A model generated the notes under the pieces. The model did no database searches. It worked only from the letters and a program-made list of their open reading frames with translations, and was not told the DNA's origin. From Marsupella aquatica (taxonomy: Eukaryota; Plantae; Marchantiophyta): a DNA stretch of 64,000 bases. Position numbers and translations under genes: made by a program. The stretch spans positions 17,642,457-17,706,456 of the forward strand of contig OZ316897.1 of assembly GCA_973895155.1 (NCBI GenBank). Reading direction: 5' to 3'. This document shows, in pieces, positions 10,774 through 22,578 of the stretch. Within the stretch, counting starts at the first letter, position 1. The number at the start of each line of letters is the position of its first letter.

Positions 10774-13231
10774 GCCACGAGGGGAGGATACCCATGGATC
10801 AGACGAGGACCAATACCACGGAGTAAGAGGGTTAAACTAGGGTCCCAAAAGAAAACAAATAGGCCTACCCCTGCACTCCATCCACACATATTTAGGACCC
10901 GGGGAAAGGAACCTGGGACCTCTCAGTTCTAGACTAACCCCTAGCCAACTGACCTAAGCCAATTGGTTGGTGCTCTATGGAGTTGTCCTAAATCAAGAGC
11001 TTGTGGGGTTAGAGCCATCTTGCATTTGGCTAACATATAAAAACACCTTTTGAAAACTCCCTGACTTGTTGCTTCCTGAGCACTACTGAGAGTGTATGCA
11101 GACTCGTGACCATGATGAAGTTTGTCAATTCTCCTATTCAAATTGGAAGACTAGTAACTATCCTACAAATGCTCTCACCAAGAGAGACTCTGAGAACTTG
11201 CATCGTTGCCAACTCTTTGGTGGAGGCTTGAGGGAGTCTCCAAGCACTTACAAGATGGACTCTTGGCTTAGAGTTTAGATGTACACTGCCACTGTTATTA
11301 CAGTGTAAAAAACTAGTGTTGTGAGTGTAATCTCTATAGGTAGCCTCCTAGCAATTCTGATGACAATTTCCATAACAACCCACGTTCACACTTGAAGAAG
11401 TTCAATCCCCATGTGTTGCACAGAAAATGTTGTTGTGTAAACATGTAGTTGCATTAAAGATGTCATTGTACAAAAGATGTTGCTAAGTAAAATTATGTGT
11501 TTCTCAAAAGGTCGTTAATTAAGACATGCAGTTGTAAAAATGTAGTTTACTAAAAGACATTGTTCGGCAAAAGATGTCAATGTGTAACAAATGATGTTGT
11601 GCTAATTAAAGATGTAGTTAAGAAAATATCATGGTGCAAAAGATATCTTGAGTAAAATATTTTGTTTGTTAAAGAAATCTTTTTGGGTAAAAAGTGTCAT
11701 TCAGTAAAAGATGTCATGGTGCAAAAGAGATGCAATAATGACCACCAAGTAAGACAAAGTGAGAATGGTTTTTTCTTTTTTTATCATTTTCATCATTGGT
11801 CACTGGTTTTAGTCATACACAATCATTATTTGTGGTTAAAATAGGGGGTTTTTCAACTAGTGACACAATTTTGAGCTAGTCTTGATGTGAACACCAAATT
11901 TTCTCTAGTTATGTATACATTATTTCTCAGCTTATAAAATGAAATGAAGATGAAAATTCTCTTGTGGACCCATCCTAATGCATCTAAGGAAGCTAATACA
12001 TGTTCTCAAGGATGTCACTTTTGCAAATAGGGAGTAGAATTGCAGCTATACCTACCAAAAGTTGATGATACCGTGACATATAATAACTTTCTGAACAATA
12101 AACAAATAGTATCTGCCTTTGCATTTTTAACTGTCTATCCCCTCATAGGATTTTCTATGCAATTCATGCAAATAAGCCCCTACCACAATGTGCCATTTCA
12201 TTTAGTCAATGAACATACCAATTTTTGATGATTAATGGCTAACCCTAAATAAAATATCAACAAAAGTGGATATAAATTAGCAGCTAAAGCTCAAAAAGCT
12301 CATCTAAGCCTAACTTGCAACCCTAAATTTATTTCCCCCTACCCAACCTTGACCCATTTTTCCTCTCCCCAATTCCACTTAACTTTTCTCGTTTTCTTTT
12401 CCTTTCAATCTCTTTCACTTTGATAGGTTTGATGTGGGTCATCCCAAATCTTTTGGAGATCCATGTTTTGTCAAATTTTTAGTAAGTAGATCCCCCAGCT
12501 AGGCAACAACATAAAAAAAATCTCAGCTCAAATATACTTGAGACGATAGAATTATGGCTAAACAAAACATTACAATGCTGAAAAGTTTTACAAATAAAGT
12601 AAAGGTGTCTAATTTAGGTCTGGAAAAGTAGTAATACCACAAAAATACACTAAGAGCATCTCCACGCAAAGGGCAATTTGCAACCTGCTGCTGGGGTAAA
12701 TAGTGAGGCGAGTGGCATAGGTCCCCTGTCCTATTATCCCCCGTATTGGTATTCCAATCAGTAAAACCGAGCTACCACACTGGAACAACATACAACCACA
12801 GTCATTTCAAATGCACAGTTCTGAACTAAGGTGTCGCGATGGGCAACCAACGTGCTGAGTGCACGGGTGGACGCATAAAACATTACTTTGTACACTTTCC
12901 AAAAATGACTAGACCAGGAGTAGCATTGGACCAGGATTGAGCAAGAATCATGCAGGAACATGATATTGCCAGAGGAATAGAGGACCGTGTCATCCAAAGC
13001 AGAGTAAACTCTAGAAGGTCTGTGAATCCCAAGGGGAACTTTGCAACAATAAGAGGACAACAAATGAGTGGTCAATTCCAAGATTTTGCTTTGGATTTAG
13101 ACCCAACTCGCATGTGGAGTGTCCTCAGAAATGCGGCCTTCAACCTCAGTCGTGGGAGGATATGTTTCAGTGAGAGTTTCCTGACGTAGCCCCCTCATGC
13201 GGCAGTCCTGACTGCGCTCAATGTGGGGTCC

Positions 13232-13266
13232 CAAGTGCAAGGGCCGGAAAGTTTCCGGCCCTTGCA
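13232..13266. repeat. Perfect inverted repeat TGCAAGGGCCGGAAA-G-TTTCCGGCCCTTGCA
   Basis: 15-bp arms around a 1-nt spacer, read directly; coordinates approximate by a few nt. Confidence 0.9.
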
Positions 13267-14407
13267 GGTCCCGAACTTTCACTTGACACATGTCGCGAAA
13301 CCGCTGCGCTAATTATAGAGTGCGACTGTTCACGATTATGAGAGTCACCCTGCAAACTTCGCCCTGCATTTTGAAATCGTTAGCTTCTCTGCCCATCGAC
13401 ACTTCGCAGCTTCGTTTTTACTTGTTTGCACCCGACATCGATGAGCTCACGATAATCACTGAAATTTGGTCTGAGCATTGCACGAAGTATGTTGCTTGAG
13501 AGTGTGGGATAGTCCTGGGAGTAGCGGCCCATCCTAGAGCGTTTTCGTCATCACAAGGTAAGTTTTGACTGCTGTACATGACTGCTTCCGTCGCCATGCA
13601 AGTTCTTCAATTTCTTAAGTGAGGCAGCGGGAAGGAAGAGGGTTGTGTTGTTGGAAGAACGTGAGTGGGTTCTTGCTTTCCACTCCTGTCACCTTTTTTT
13701 CGTCTTTCTCTATATCTCTGTCTCGAGCTCGAGTTCAAGAGCACAGCCTTCAATCAAGGCTCCGAAAAGCCAGCCCCTGCTTTCACACTTTGAACACGAG
13801 ATCGCAGAGAGATATCATTTGCACTTGCTGTGTTCTTCGTGTTCAGTGTAGAGACCTGTACTATTGCACGCCCGGCAAGAAACTCGGTGTTCAAGAAGTC
13901 GTATTTGTCCTCATGACTTTGTTACGTACATTGGATCCGAGGAGGACGATTCGGTGAGTCTCGTTATCGATAGCCTGGGACGGGATGGGATGAATGAGAA
14001 GTCGGCAGGGCAATAGACAACCATAGCTGGGTAGGGCTGGTAGGTGGATTGGTGCGAAGACTGGTTGGCCCGGCTGGGCGAAGATTGGCCACAGAAGAGC
14101 AACTGCCAACTCTTGCGGCATTTTGTGCTTGCATGCATATGATGACTACAAGCAATATTGCAGGGCTTTGAGGGTTTATTGTTTAATCCTCTAAGGCGCG
14201 CTGTCCGCTTCGAATTGTATGCATGGCTAGACGGACAGTGGAATGGAACCATTCGACAATGCGGCGGGGCCGACATTAGTTGATTGAAGATGATTTAGAG
14301 AGCCAACTCGCATGTCTAAGCTGTTCTCTTGGCTGCTGTAGCCTCAGCAGAACCAAGGGCCGCATAGTTTAAACTGATTTCGATCAACATCCATTTAGAT
14401 TCCTTCA

Positions 14408-14481
14408 GTGCTTAAAGTAATTGTTGAAGAGAACGGAGGACTGTGCTTAAAGTAATTGTTGAAGAGAACGGAGGACTGTGC
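14408..14481. repeat. 35-bp tandem duplication
   Basis: gtgcttaaagtaattgttgaagagaacggaggact x2. Confidence 0.85.
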
Positions 14482-15136
14482 AGCTTATGTTTGAGAGTCG
14501 TCAGTCTATAGTACCCAAACATCAGTCGGAGACTCGTAATTCTTCACCCTTGCCTGGCGCAGACTAACAAATACAGGCAGGTCTCGATCATATGTATCGG
14601 GAAGATTTCGAGGATTGACCCTGAATGGAGTTGCAGGATCGAAAACTATAAGTAGGGCAATGTCCAGCACACCCATCCGCTTCTGTGGCTACTCAATTGC
14701 AACCCTTTCCTTCCTTTACCAGAAATTTCACAAGCTTGAACACAATCTGACAATCAAACTAAATCGCCCCCGATATTTCCATCCAATGGAGCAGAATTTA
14801 CGCCTTGAACTGGACCGCTGATGTTCCGCTGTAGGGCATGTCAGTCACTCTTGAAGGTGACTGGCAGCAATGCAACAAAGGCAACAAAGGCAGTCTATAA
14901 GTAGTTCGTCATTGTGCAGTATATGCTAGCGCAACTTTAGAACCAGTTTAGAATCTGAAGGGAGTTAAAAGACGAGAGGACAAAAATTGACGTCTCTCTT
15001 GTGTTTGACCATACCTCATGGTATACATGTTAGCGGCAATAGGCTTGTTCGACGTACCGTAGGCCGAGAAATTAGACCTGCATAGGAGGGCAATTTATTT
15101 GTGTTCTGCTTCCTTTCAGGGGGCAGGTTGGACTCA

Positions 15137-16011
15137 ATGGCTACAGGACATGACTTGGAGGATCTTGCAAGGGCATATGCAAGGAAGATAAAGGAGGCAA
15201 AGAATTACTTGACACACCTGGAGTCAATGTTTATTGACAAACTTTGGCCTGCTTTGCATGTTGAACTAAGACGTCATTCGTAACGACCATACAACCATGA
15301 CTTATTTCATGCACACGTAGTCGACACAATCTCTACGTGGTTCACCTCTTCTCCAAGGTTACGTCCACACGAACACTCAAGCTTTACTTCAAGAGTAAAC
15401 GAACACACATGCTCTTCCTCTTCCTCAAGTTGCTCCGTTACAATGAGTAAGCACACTCTCCAGCGGCTTACACTAGCCCTGGTATATACAAGGTCACACA
15501 CGACTAACCTAACCTCAGCTAAGACCCTAACTGTGGTTAGCCTAAGTGCCATAACCTTTGAGTCACAAGACTAAGAGCAATCCTTAACATTGCAAGCCGA
15601 GATGTCAACTTCCAAAAACCTAGGTTGCGAGGCCCAACATCTGAAGCAAGAGATTGACAGGTTGAAGACAGAAAACCGCAACATTCATGGCAACAACATT
15701 ATGTTGGAATCATGCAATCTGAGGTTGTTCAGATTTTGCAAAAGAGAGTGCACAAACACAAGGCAGACTTAGTTGCAGACAATGCAGGCAAGAGGAACAT
15801 TGTCATAGGAACACGTGCACCTTTGGCTCCAATTTCCCCAAACCTTTCCAGCATTGTTGCCCGCAACATAGATGCAGGACCGACAATTGTGGGCAAGGGC
15901 AAATGTGCACTTCCCTTGGTGTCTACTACACCCGACATCTGCAACCCTGTAGGGCCAACAGTGCATGGCGAGGATGCCATTCCATTGAGGCCCAGGAAGA
16001 AATTTGTGTAG
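15137..16011 (+). pseudogene. Third ORF inside the Harbinger element (~180 aa, predicted coiled-coil), disrupted by a solo LTR and one frameshift
   Basis: Removing 15259-15589 plus one TSD copy joins MATGHDLEDLARAY...DKLWPAL in frame to QAEMSTSKNLGCEAQHLKQEIDRLKTEN. After a frameshift near 15710-15735 it continues QILQKRVHKHKADL...RAPLAPISPN...PRKKFV*. A pyrimidine-rich acceptor (ttcctttcag, 15119) precedes it. Confidence 0.6.
15259..15589 (-). mobile_element. Solo LTR (331 bp) of a Ty1/copia family related to the element at 16919
   Basis: TG...CA termini and a perfect 5-bp TSD TTGCA (15254-15258 and 15590-15594). The reverse complement shares blocks with the 16919 LTR (tagtcttgtgactc, gctaaccacagttagg, gaggtgaacca, gtgtcgact, cgttacgaatg...tcaaca). 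Confidence 0.92.
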
Positions 16012-16321
16012 AGAGAGATAGTCTGGGCCTTGGGCCTTGACTATATCCATAGAACTATTGTGCTTATGTGAATAACAGTTTTTCCTGCTTTTGCTTGGAC
16101 ATACTTTGTGGCAAGTCACAACTTTATTCCAGTTTTCTTCAATTGTACCCTTTAATAAAGTTTTGGTGTAAGGTTTTATGTGCCAGTGCACTTTCATACA
16201 AGATGTGCATCTTTTTTGTATTTGGACAACACATGTATCCCTTATGACTATTTCTTGTGCATTATCCCTTGTGAAATTGATTACATTGTTCCTTGAATTG
16301 CATACTTATGTCACCCTTCAG

Positions 16322-19300
16322 ATGGCAAGCCATAATGTGAATTATGGTCCACGCCCAAGTCCACCTACACGAGAAGGTGTGCCAGTCATTGACTTGGATC
16401 TCAACATTGGCCCTGGTCCCACTCGTGCAGCACAATCTAAAGGGAAGAGTAAGTTGCCGGATTGGACAGACGAGGAGATGAGAGGTTTGATTGCTGCCAA
16501 ACGGAATGAACACTTTGATATTGTCATGGGTGGCTCTACACAACAGAAGATGAGCAACAGCAAGTTGAAGTGGAAGGCAGTGGCAACATTCCTTGAGGAT
16601 GAGGGATTCACTCAACCTATTCGAGATGCATCCTCTTGCAAGAAAAAATGGCAGATCATCGAGGAAAAATTCAAAAAGATTCACGATTATGAGAAATTGC
16701 AAAAGACAGGAGAGATTTCTTACTTTGACATGGGCGACAAGGAGCGCCGCCAGAAGCGACTGCCCACTAATTTTTCTATTGACTTGTATGCAGAACTCTT
16801 GACATGGTTTGCAGATATTCCACGCATCACCCCACCAAGCAAGTTTTTGTCTGATGCCTCAAGGATGAACAAATACCCTGACCAAGATCCAGTCAACTTG
16901 TCGTCTGCAAGTGAGAAATGTTAGATATTGCTCTAGTCTTGTGACTCTTGTGCTAACCACAGTTAGGCTAACTCGGGTTAGGACCTAGCTAAGGTTAGTG
17001 GTAGTGTTGTTGTGCATATAGCCAGGGCTGATGCCAGACCCTGGTGGAACAAAGGCTCATTGTTATGGAGCTAGTTGAGAAATAGGAAGAGCTTGTGCTG
17101 TGGATGCTTGGTATGGCCGGTCGGCCTAGAGTGCAGTAAAGCTCTTGTATGTTCCCATGGACGTAGCCTCATGTGGAGGTGAACCATGTATCTCTCTGTG
17201 TCGACTCTTGTGCGTTGGATGGTTCATGGGCTTGCCGTTACGAATGTCGTCTATGCTCAACAAGTGGTATCAGAGCATGCCTGGGAGGTGACAAGGTTTT
17301 TTCGTGACGTGTTTTTCCAGCGTTCATTGTCGATGGCACATTTGGAGTTTCGTCGCATAAACCTTGAATGTGTGTGGCTGAGCGGATAGGTTAGTGAGAG
17401 GGCTTTCTAACGGTGGTTAGAACTCGCTGATCAGTATCCGTGGTGGGGAGGAATCGAAGTTTGCGTCATTCAGGGTTTATTCGTGTTCAACGGTATTTCG
17501 GGAGAGTGACCAGAGTTTACGTTTTTCAATGGTGTGAGCTGTGCGGTGCGGGAGGGATCGCACATTATAGCTTAAGTTGAAGGTTGAAGCGAGCTGGTCG
17601 TTTCGGTAGCTGGATTGCTGCCGAGTTGTTACCGAGTGCGACGTGACGAGTGACGGAGGCGTTCAGGTTTTTTCACAAGCTATGGAGCTTGTTCTCATCT
17701 GAACCGGGTTTCTCTTCGTGACGTCCGACTCGGTGGAAGAAACGCGAAGTGCTACGGCTCAACGGTTTGATCGCAGCAAAGCGGTCATTTTGAGTCTGGG
17801 ATTGGCACTTGACGCGGAGTGAGTGTGACGCAGCGGAAATTATTATTTTTCTCTGCTGGAGCTGCAGACTGTGCTGGTGCAATTCGACAACATTTCCTGT
17901 CGGCGGCGTTCACTTTACTCGTGAGAAGCAGCGGCGTTCAACGTGTGTAAACGGCTTTTTTGTTTTAAAGTCAAATCTTGGCTTAGGTTAGGGCCACTTT
18001 TGGTGTGTATACACACCCTCCCGGCCCTTGGTCCCCCATCGTTTCCCCTTGTACGCCTGACCCCCCTCGCACCTTGTTTTCCCCTCATCCTTCAGCCGCG
18101 GCGACGAGCTGCGCAACACCGGCCGGCGCTTTTCGCGCGCTCATACGCCCTCCGCCATACCACGCCAGTCGCTGCCTCGGCCCCGCCCTGACGTCGTATG
18201 GCCGGCCCTTGCATGTGTACGCGGCTGCATATCCGCTCTATTACACCGCCCTAGTAACCCCACGGCGTACTCCCGGCCTTACGCCCTTCGGGCCCGCCCG
18301 TTTATACTGTATTTTTTGATTAGGGGCTTAAGCACCCCCTTTAGGGCCATTATTTTGCCTCTTTTTCCTCCTTATTGGTTTCCCTTTGTGTCGGGACCTG
18401 CCGCCCTCCATTTTAACCGCTTGGACAGGGGGAACGGCCCCCTGTGACACCTGCTGTACTGTGCAGGAATATTCCTGCAAAATAGAGAGCTGTTTTTTGG
18501 CCGTTCGACAAAGATTCCGTCCGCCGAACGGTAACTTTTTTGGTTCTTTTTCGGTGAGGACGTTGCCACTGGAGTTAGCAACGTGGCGCACCTATCACAT
18601 CGCGATTCCGACGACGGGTTGTACTGGGTATTTTGGTTATTCTCCGAGGTGGTCAAAACGGGGGAGTTTCCCAAGGTTTTACCCACCCCGACCGAAATTT
18701 GAATAACTTTTCCGTCAAATTTTGATTTTGATTTTGGCTTTTAGTATTGGTCTCCTAGCTTCGTGGGCTACGTGGCGGTGTGGAGTTTTGAGTTTTATGA
18801 GAAGTTTCAGAAAAAGACGTTTTTTTGTGATTGTTTCATATGAGTGACTCGGAGGATACTGGAAGAATTGGCGTAAGTTGAGAATCAGACTGGTAATAAG
18901 GTGAGATATCTTCGATCGGATAACGGCGGTGAATACAGTTCCAGGGAATTTGGAACGTATTGTAAGGAGCAGGGGATTACCCGCCATATCACAACAAGTT
19001 ACACTCCTCAGCAAAATGGTGTTTTTAAGAGACTCAACCGAACACTATTGGACCGCTCGAGGAGTATGTTGAGTCAATCATGCTTACCACATGAGTTTTG
19101 GACTGAAGCTGTCAACACTGCAACTTATTTGGTAAATTTTTCTCCATCCAGTTCTATTGGATTCAAGACGCCATTTGAAATGAGGTACGGGCGTCCAGCA
19201 AATTACTCACATCTGAGGATTTTTGGATGTGATGCTTATGTGCTTACACCTTCCCAGCTTCGATCCAAGCTGGAGTCCAAGTCGAAGAAGTGCAATTTCC

Positions 19301-22300
19301 TTGGCTATCAAAAAGGTGTGAAGGGTTATAGATTATGGGATCCGGTAACCTATAAACTAATTGTCAGTAGAGATGTGTCCTTTAATGAATCCAGATCATC
19401 AAAGGAGGGGGAGAGTTCTCAGAACTCCCATACTGACAAGGGGAAATCTCCCATCCCGGACGGGGTTGAGGGGGAGATTAGTCATGATGCAGTTCATGAC
19501 AGGAGAGATGGAGAAGCTCCGGGCTTGGAGCTCGTTCCTGTTATGGAACAAGAGGAGCAAATTGTTGCTGGGGTACCTCAAATTCAACCAGCAGCAGCAG
19601 CAGATCAGCCTGAGTCATCTACTAGAAGAACTTCCAGTCGTTCTACTAGAGCTCCTACCAGGTATGGTCAATGGACAGACTCATCTAAGCTAGATGATAT
19701 TGACATTGCACCTGATGAAGATGACATGGCTTTGATCTTGGAAGAAGGAGAGCCTTCTTCGTATAGTGAGGTTTGTGCTTCAGAGCAGAAGCATGAGTGG
19801 AATGCAGCAATGCAGAGGGAGTTGCAATCTTTGAGTGACAACAAGACATGGGAGTTGGTGGAGCTTCCAAGAGGTCAACAAGTGATGGACAGCAAGTGGA
19901 TTTACAAGTTGAAGGACAGTCCTTCAGAGGGTGGAGATAAGATCTACAAGGCAAGGCTTGTTGCCAAGGTGTTCACTCAGGAGAAAGGAGTGGACTACAA
20001 TGAGGTCTTTTCACCGATGGCTAAGTATTCCACAATTCGGATCTTGTGTCAGCTTGTTGTATTTTTTGGTCTGGTGATGGATCAGATGGATATTGTTACT
20101 GCCTTTCTCTATGGCAACTTGGAAGAGTTGATCTTCATGAGACAGCCACTAGGCTTTATGAAGAAAGACCAAGAGAACTTAGTTTGCAGATTGCTCAAGT
20201 CCTTGTATGGATTGAAGCAGTCTCCCAGACAATGGAACAAGCGGTTTGATGATTTCATGCTTGCTCAAGGTTTTACAAGGATGGTGTATGATCCTTGTGT
20301 GTATACAAAATCAGTCAAGATTCGGTTTCATCATTCTGGTGATCTATGTGGATGACATGCTGATTGTGGCTAAAGATCAATCTGAGGTTGACAATCTCAA
20401 GGCGAAATTGAGTGTTGAATTTAGGATGAAGGATCTTGGTAAGGCCAAGAGGATCTTAGGGATGGAGATTTTTAGGAACTCTGAGACTGGACAGTTGTGC
20501 TTGAGTCAAGGCCAGTATGCGAGGAAAGTACTTGCACGATTCAACATGGAAAACTGTAAGCCAGTGAGTATTCCTTTAGCTTCACATTTTAAGTTATCAT
20601 CGGCTTTCTCTCCTACGGATGCTGTGGAGAAAGGTCTTATGGCTAAGATTCCTTATGAGAAGGCAGTAGGCAGTCTGATGTATTTGATGACTTGTACTAG
20701 GTCTGACTTGGCCCTAGCGATGGGCAAGGTTAGCAGATTCATGTCAAATCCAGGGAAGATATATTGGGAAGCTATGAAGTGGATTCTCAGGTATCTCAAG
20801 GGTACACAAGACTATGGATTACTATTTGATAACAGATCAGATAGAACATTAGTTGGCTATGTAGATTCTGACTATGGAGGCTGTCTGGATACAAGGAGAT
20901 CTACAACTGGGTTTGTATACACTCTTGGAGGAGGATGTATCAGTTGGAAATCTACCTTGCAGAAGTGCATATCTCAGTCTACTACAGAAGCAGAGTATGT
21001 TGCAGCAGCAGAAGCAGCAAAGGAAGCAATTTGGTTGGATAAGTTGATCGCGGAGATGGGTTTAGAGCATGGAAAAATGACTCTAAACTGTGATAGTCAG
21101 AGTGCTCTTCACTTGGCTGCTAACCAGGTGATGGATAGCAGGGTGAAGCACATTGATATTAGGTACCATTTTATCAGGCAAGCAGTGTCTGATAAAACTT
21201 TTGAGCTAGTCAAGATTGATGGAAAGCTCAATCCCGTTGATGCCTTTACCAAAGTGATTCCTTTGGAGAGTTTCTCAAGACACCGTGCTACTTTGCAGGT
21301 TTTGCAGTTGTAGTGCAAGTAGAGTTATTTAGCAATGTGTGACTATTTGTATATGGATTACTCATTCCTGTTAGGCTACGGCTTAGTTCTAGTTAACCCT
21401 TGTGGTTTTTAGGGGGAGACCTGGTTTGGAGATTGTCTAGAACTTCCCGCTGAGGATTCCATATGGTAGCATTTAGTCCAGTCCCCAAGACAAGAGTCAA
21501 GGGAGAGTTTGTTAGATATTGCTCTAGTCTTGTGACTCTTGTGCTAACCATAGTTAGGCTAACTCGGGTTAGGACCTAGCTAAGGTTAGTGGTAGTGCTG
21601 TTGTGCATATACCCAGGGCTGATGCCAGACCCTGGTGGAACAAAGGCTCATTGTTATGGAGCTAGTTGAGAGATAGGAAGAGCTTGTGCTATGGATGCTT
21701 GGTATGGCCGGTCGGCCTAGAGTGCAGTAAAGCTCTTGTATGTTCCCGTGGACGTAGCCTCATGTGGAGGTGAACCACGTATCTCTCTGTGTCGACTCTT
21801 GTGCGTTGGATGGTTCATGGGCTTGCCGTTACGAATGTCGTCTATGCTCAACAAGAAATCTATTCATGATGAGTTTTTTTTGTTTCATTTGCATTATGCA
21901 AGTATTTTTTGTCACTATGATGGATTGCCTAGTTTTTTTGGTTCACATTCTTTTCCTCTTTGGTATACTAAATGCAAACACAAATGGATTTTACAGGTGA
22001 TGACTATGTCAAGGTTGACGAAGACAGGTCTGCACCATCAAGCCAAACACACTTCTCAGGGCCAACAAAAGAGAGTGTGCAACACAACACTGAGACTACA
22101 GGTGGTACGCAAACACCATCATCCCCTCTGGAGTTTTCTGGGCCGCGCAATCGAGGTGTGAAGCGAAAGGCAGCCAAGTCTGGGAGCGACAAAAAGGCAC
22201 TTTTGAAAAGCATGGCCAACACTTGTGCTGAAATGGCCAAGCGTGATTTTGAGATTAGAGAGCATGAGTGTAAAATTCGAGAGCAGGAGGGATTTGTTTT

Positions 22301-22406
22301 GGCCACAGCAATTACCACTGCAGCAAACACGACAGCCGAGCAGATGGCACGTTGGACTGATGTCTTCATAGAGAAGGTTGCAAGTTCTTTGCGGCCTTCG
22401 GAGTAG
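16322..22406 (+). CDS. Harbinger ORF1: Myb/SANT-like trihelix DNA-binding protein, 332 aa; exons 16322-16910 and 21997-22406; intron contains the copia element
   Basis: WTDEEMRGLIAAK...KWKAVATFL...RDASSCKKKWQIIEEKFKKIHDYE...SYFDMGDKERRQKRLPTNF is a trihelix (Myb_DNA-bind_4-type) signature. GT-AG phase-1 junction joins to an exon with KRK and a C-terminal helical region. Confidence 0.85.
16919..21853 (+). mobile_element. Ty1/copia LTR retrotransposon (Tnt1-like RT/RNase H), internally deleted and non-autonomous
   Basis: 344-bp LTRs at 16919-17262 and 21510-21853 (TG...CA, ~7 mismatches). TSD AGAAA on both sides. PBS TGGTATCAGAGC at 17265-17276 (tRNA-iMet). Purine-rich tract before 21510. Confidence 0.97.
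18840..21313 (+). pseudogene. Defective copia pol: partial integrase core, RT and RNase H; gag, protease and integrase N-terminus missing
   Basis: LRSDNGGEY; QQNGVFKRLNRTL (catalytic E of the usual AER changed to K); ARLVAKVFTQ; LLKSLYGLKQSPRQW; frameshift near 20310-20330 before IYVDDML; RNase H motifs YVDSDY, STTEAEY, CDSQSA, KHIDIRYHFIR. Confidence 0.93.
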
Positions 22407-22578
22407 AGTATCACCTACTTAGTTTGTGTACAAAATTGAAGCAAGTACTCTATGATATGAAGTGCATTCAATGCACAATTACATGAAACCCCAAAAAAAC
22501 CATGCTAACACTTTGAAACACATATATATTTGAACTTTATTTGTATAATGCCAAATACAACTCTACAAGATGTTATGA

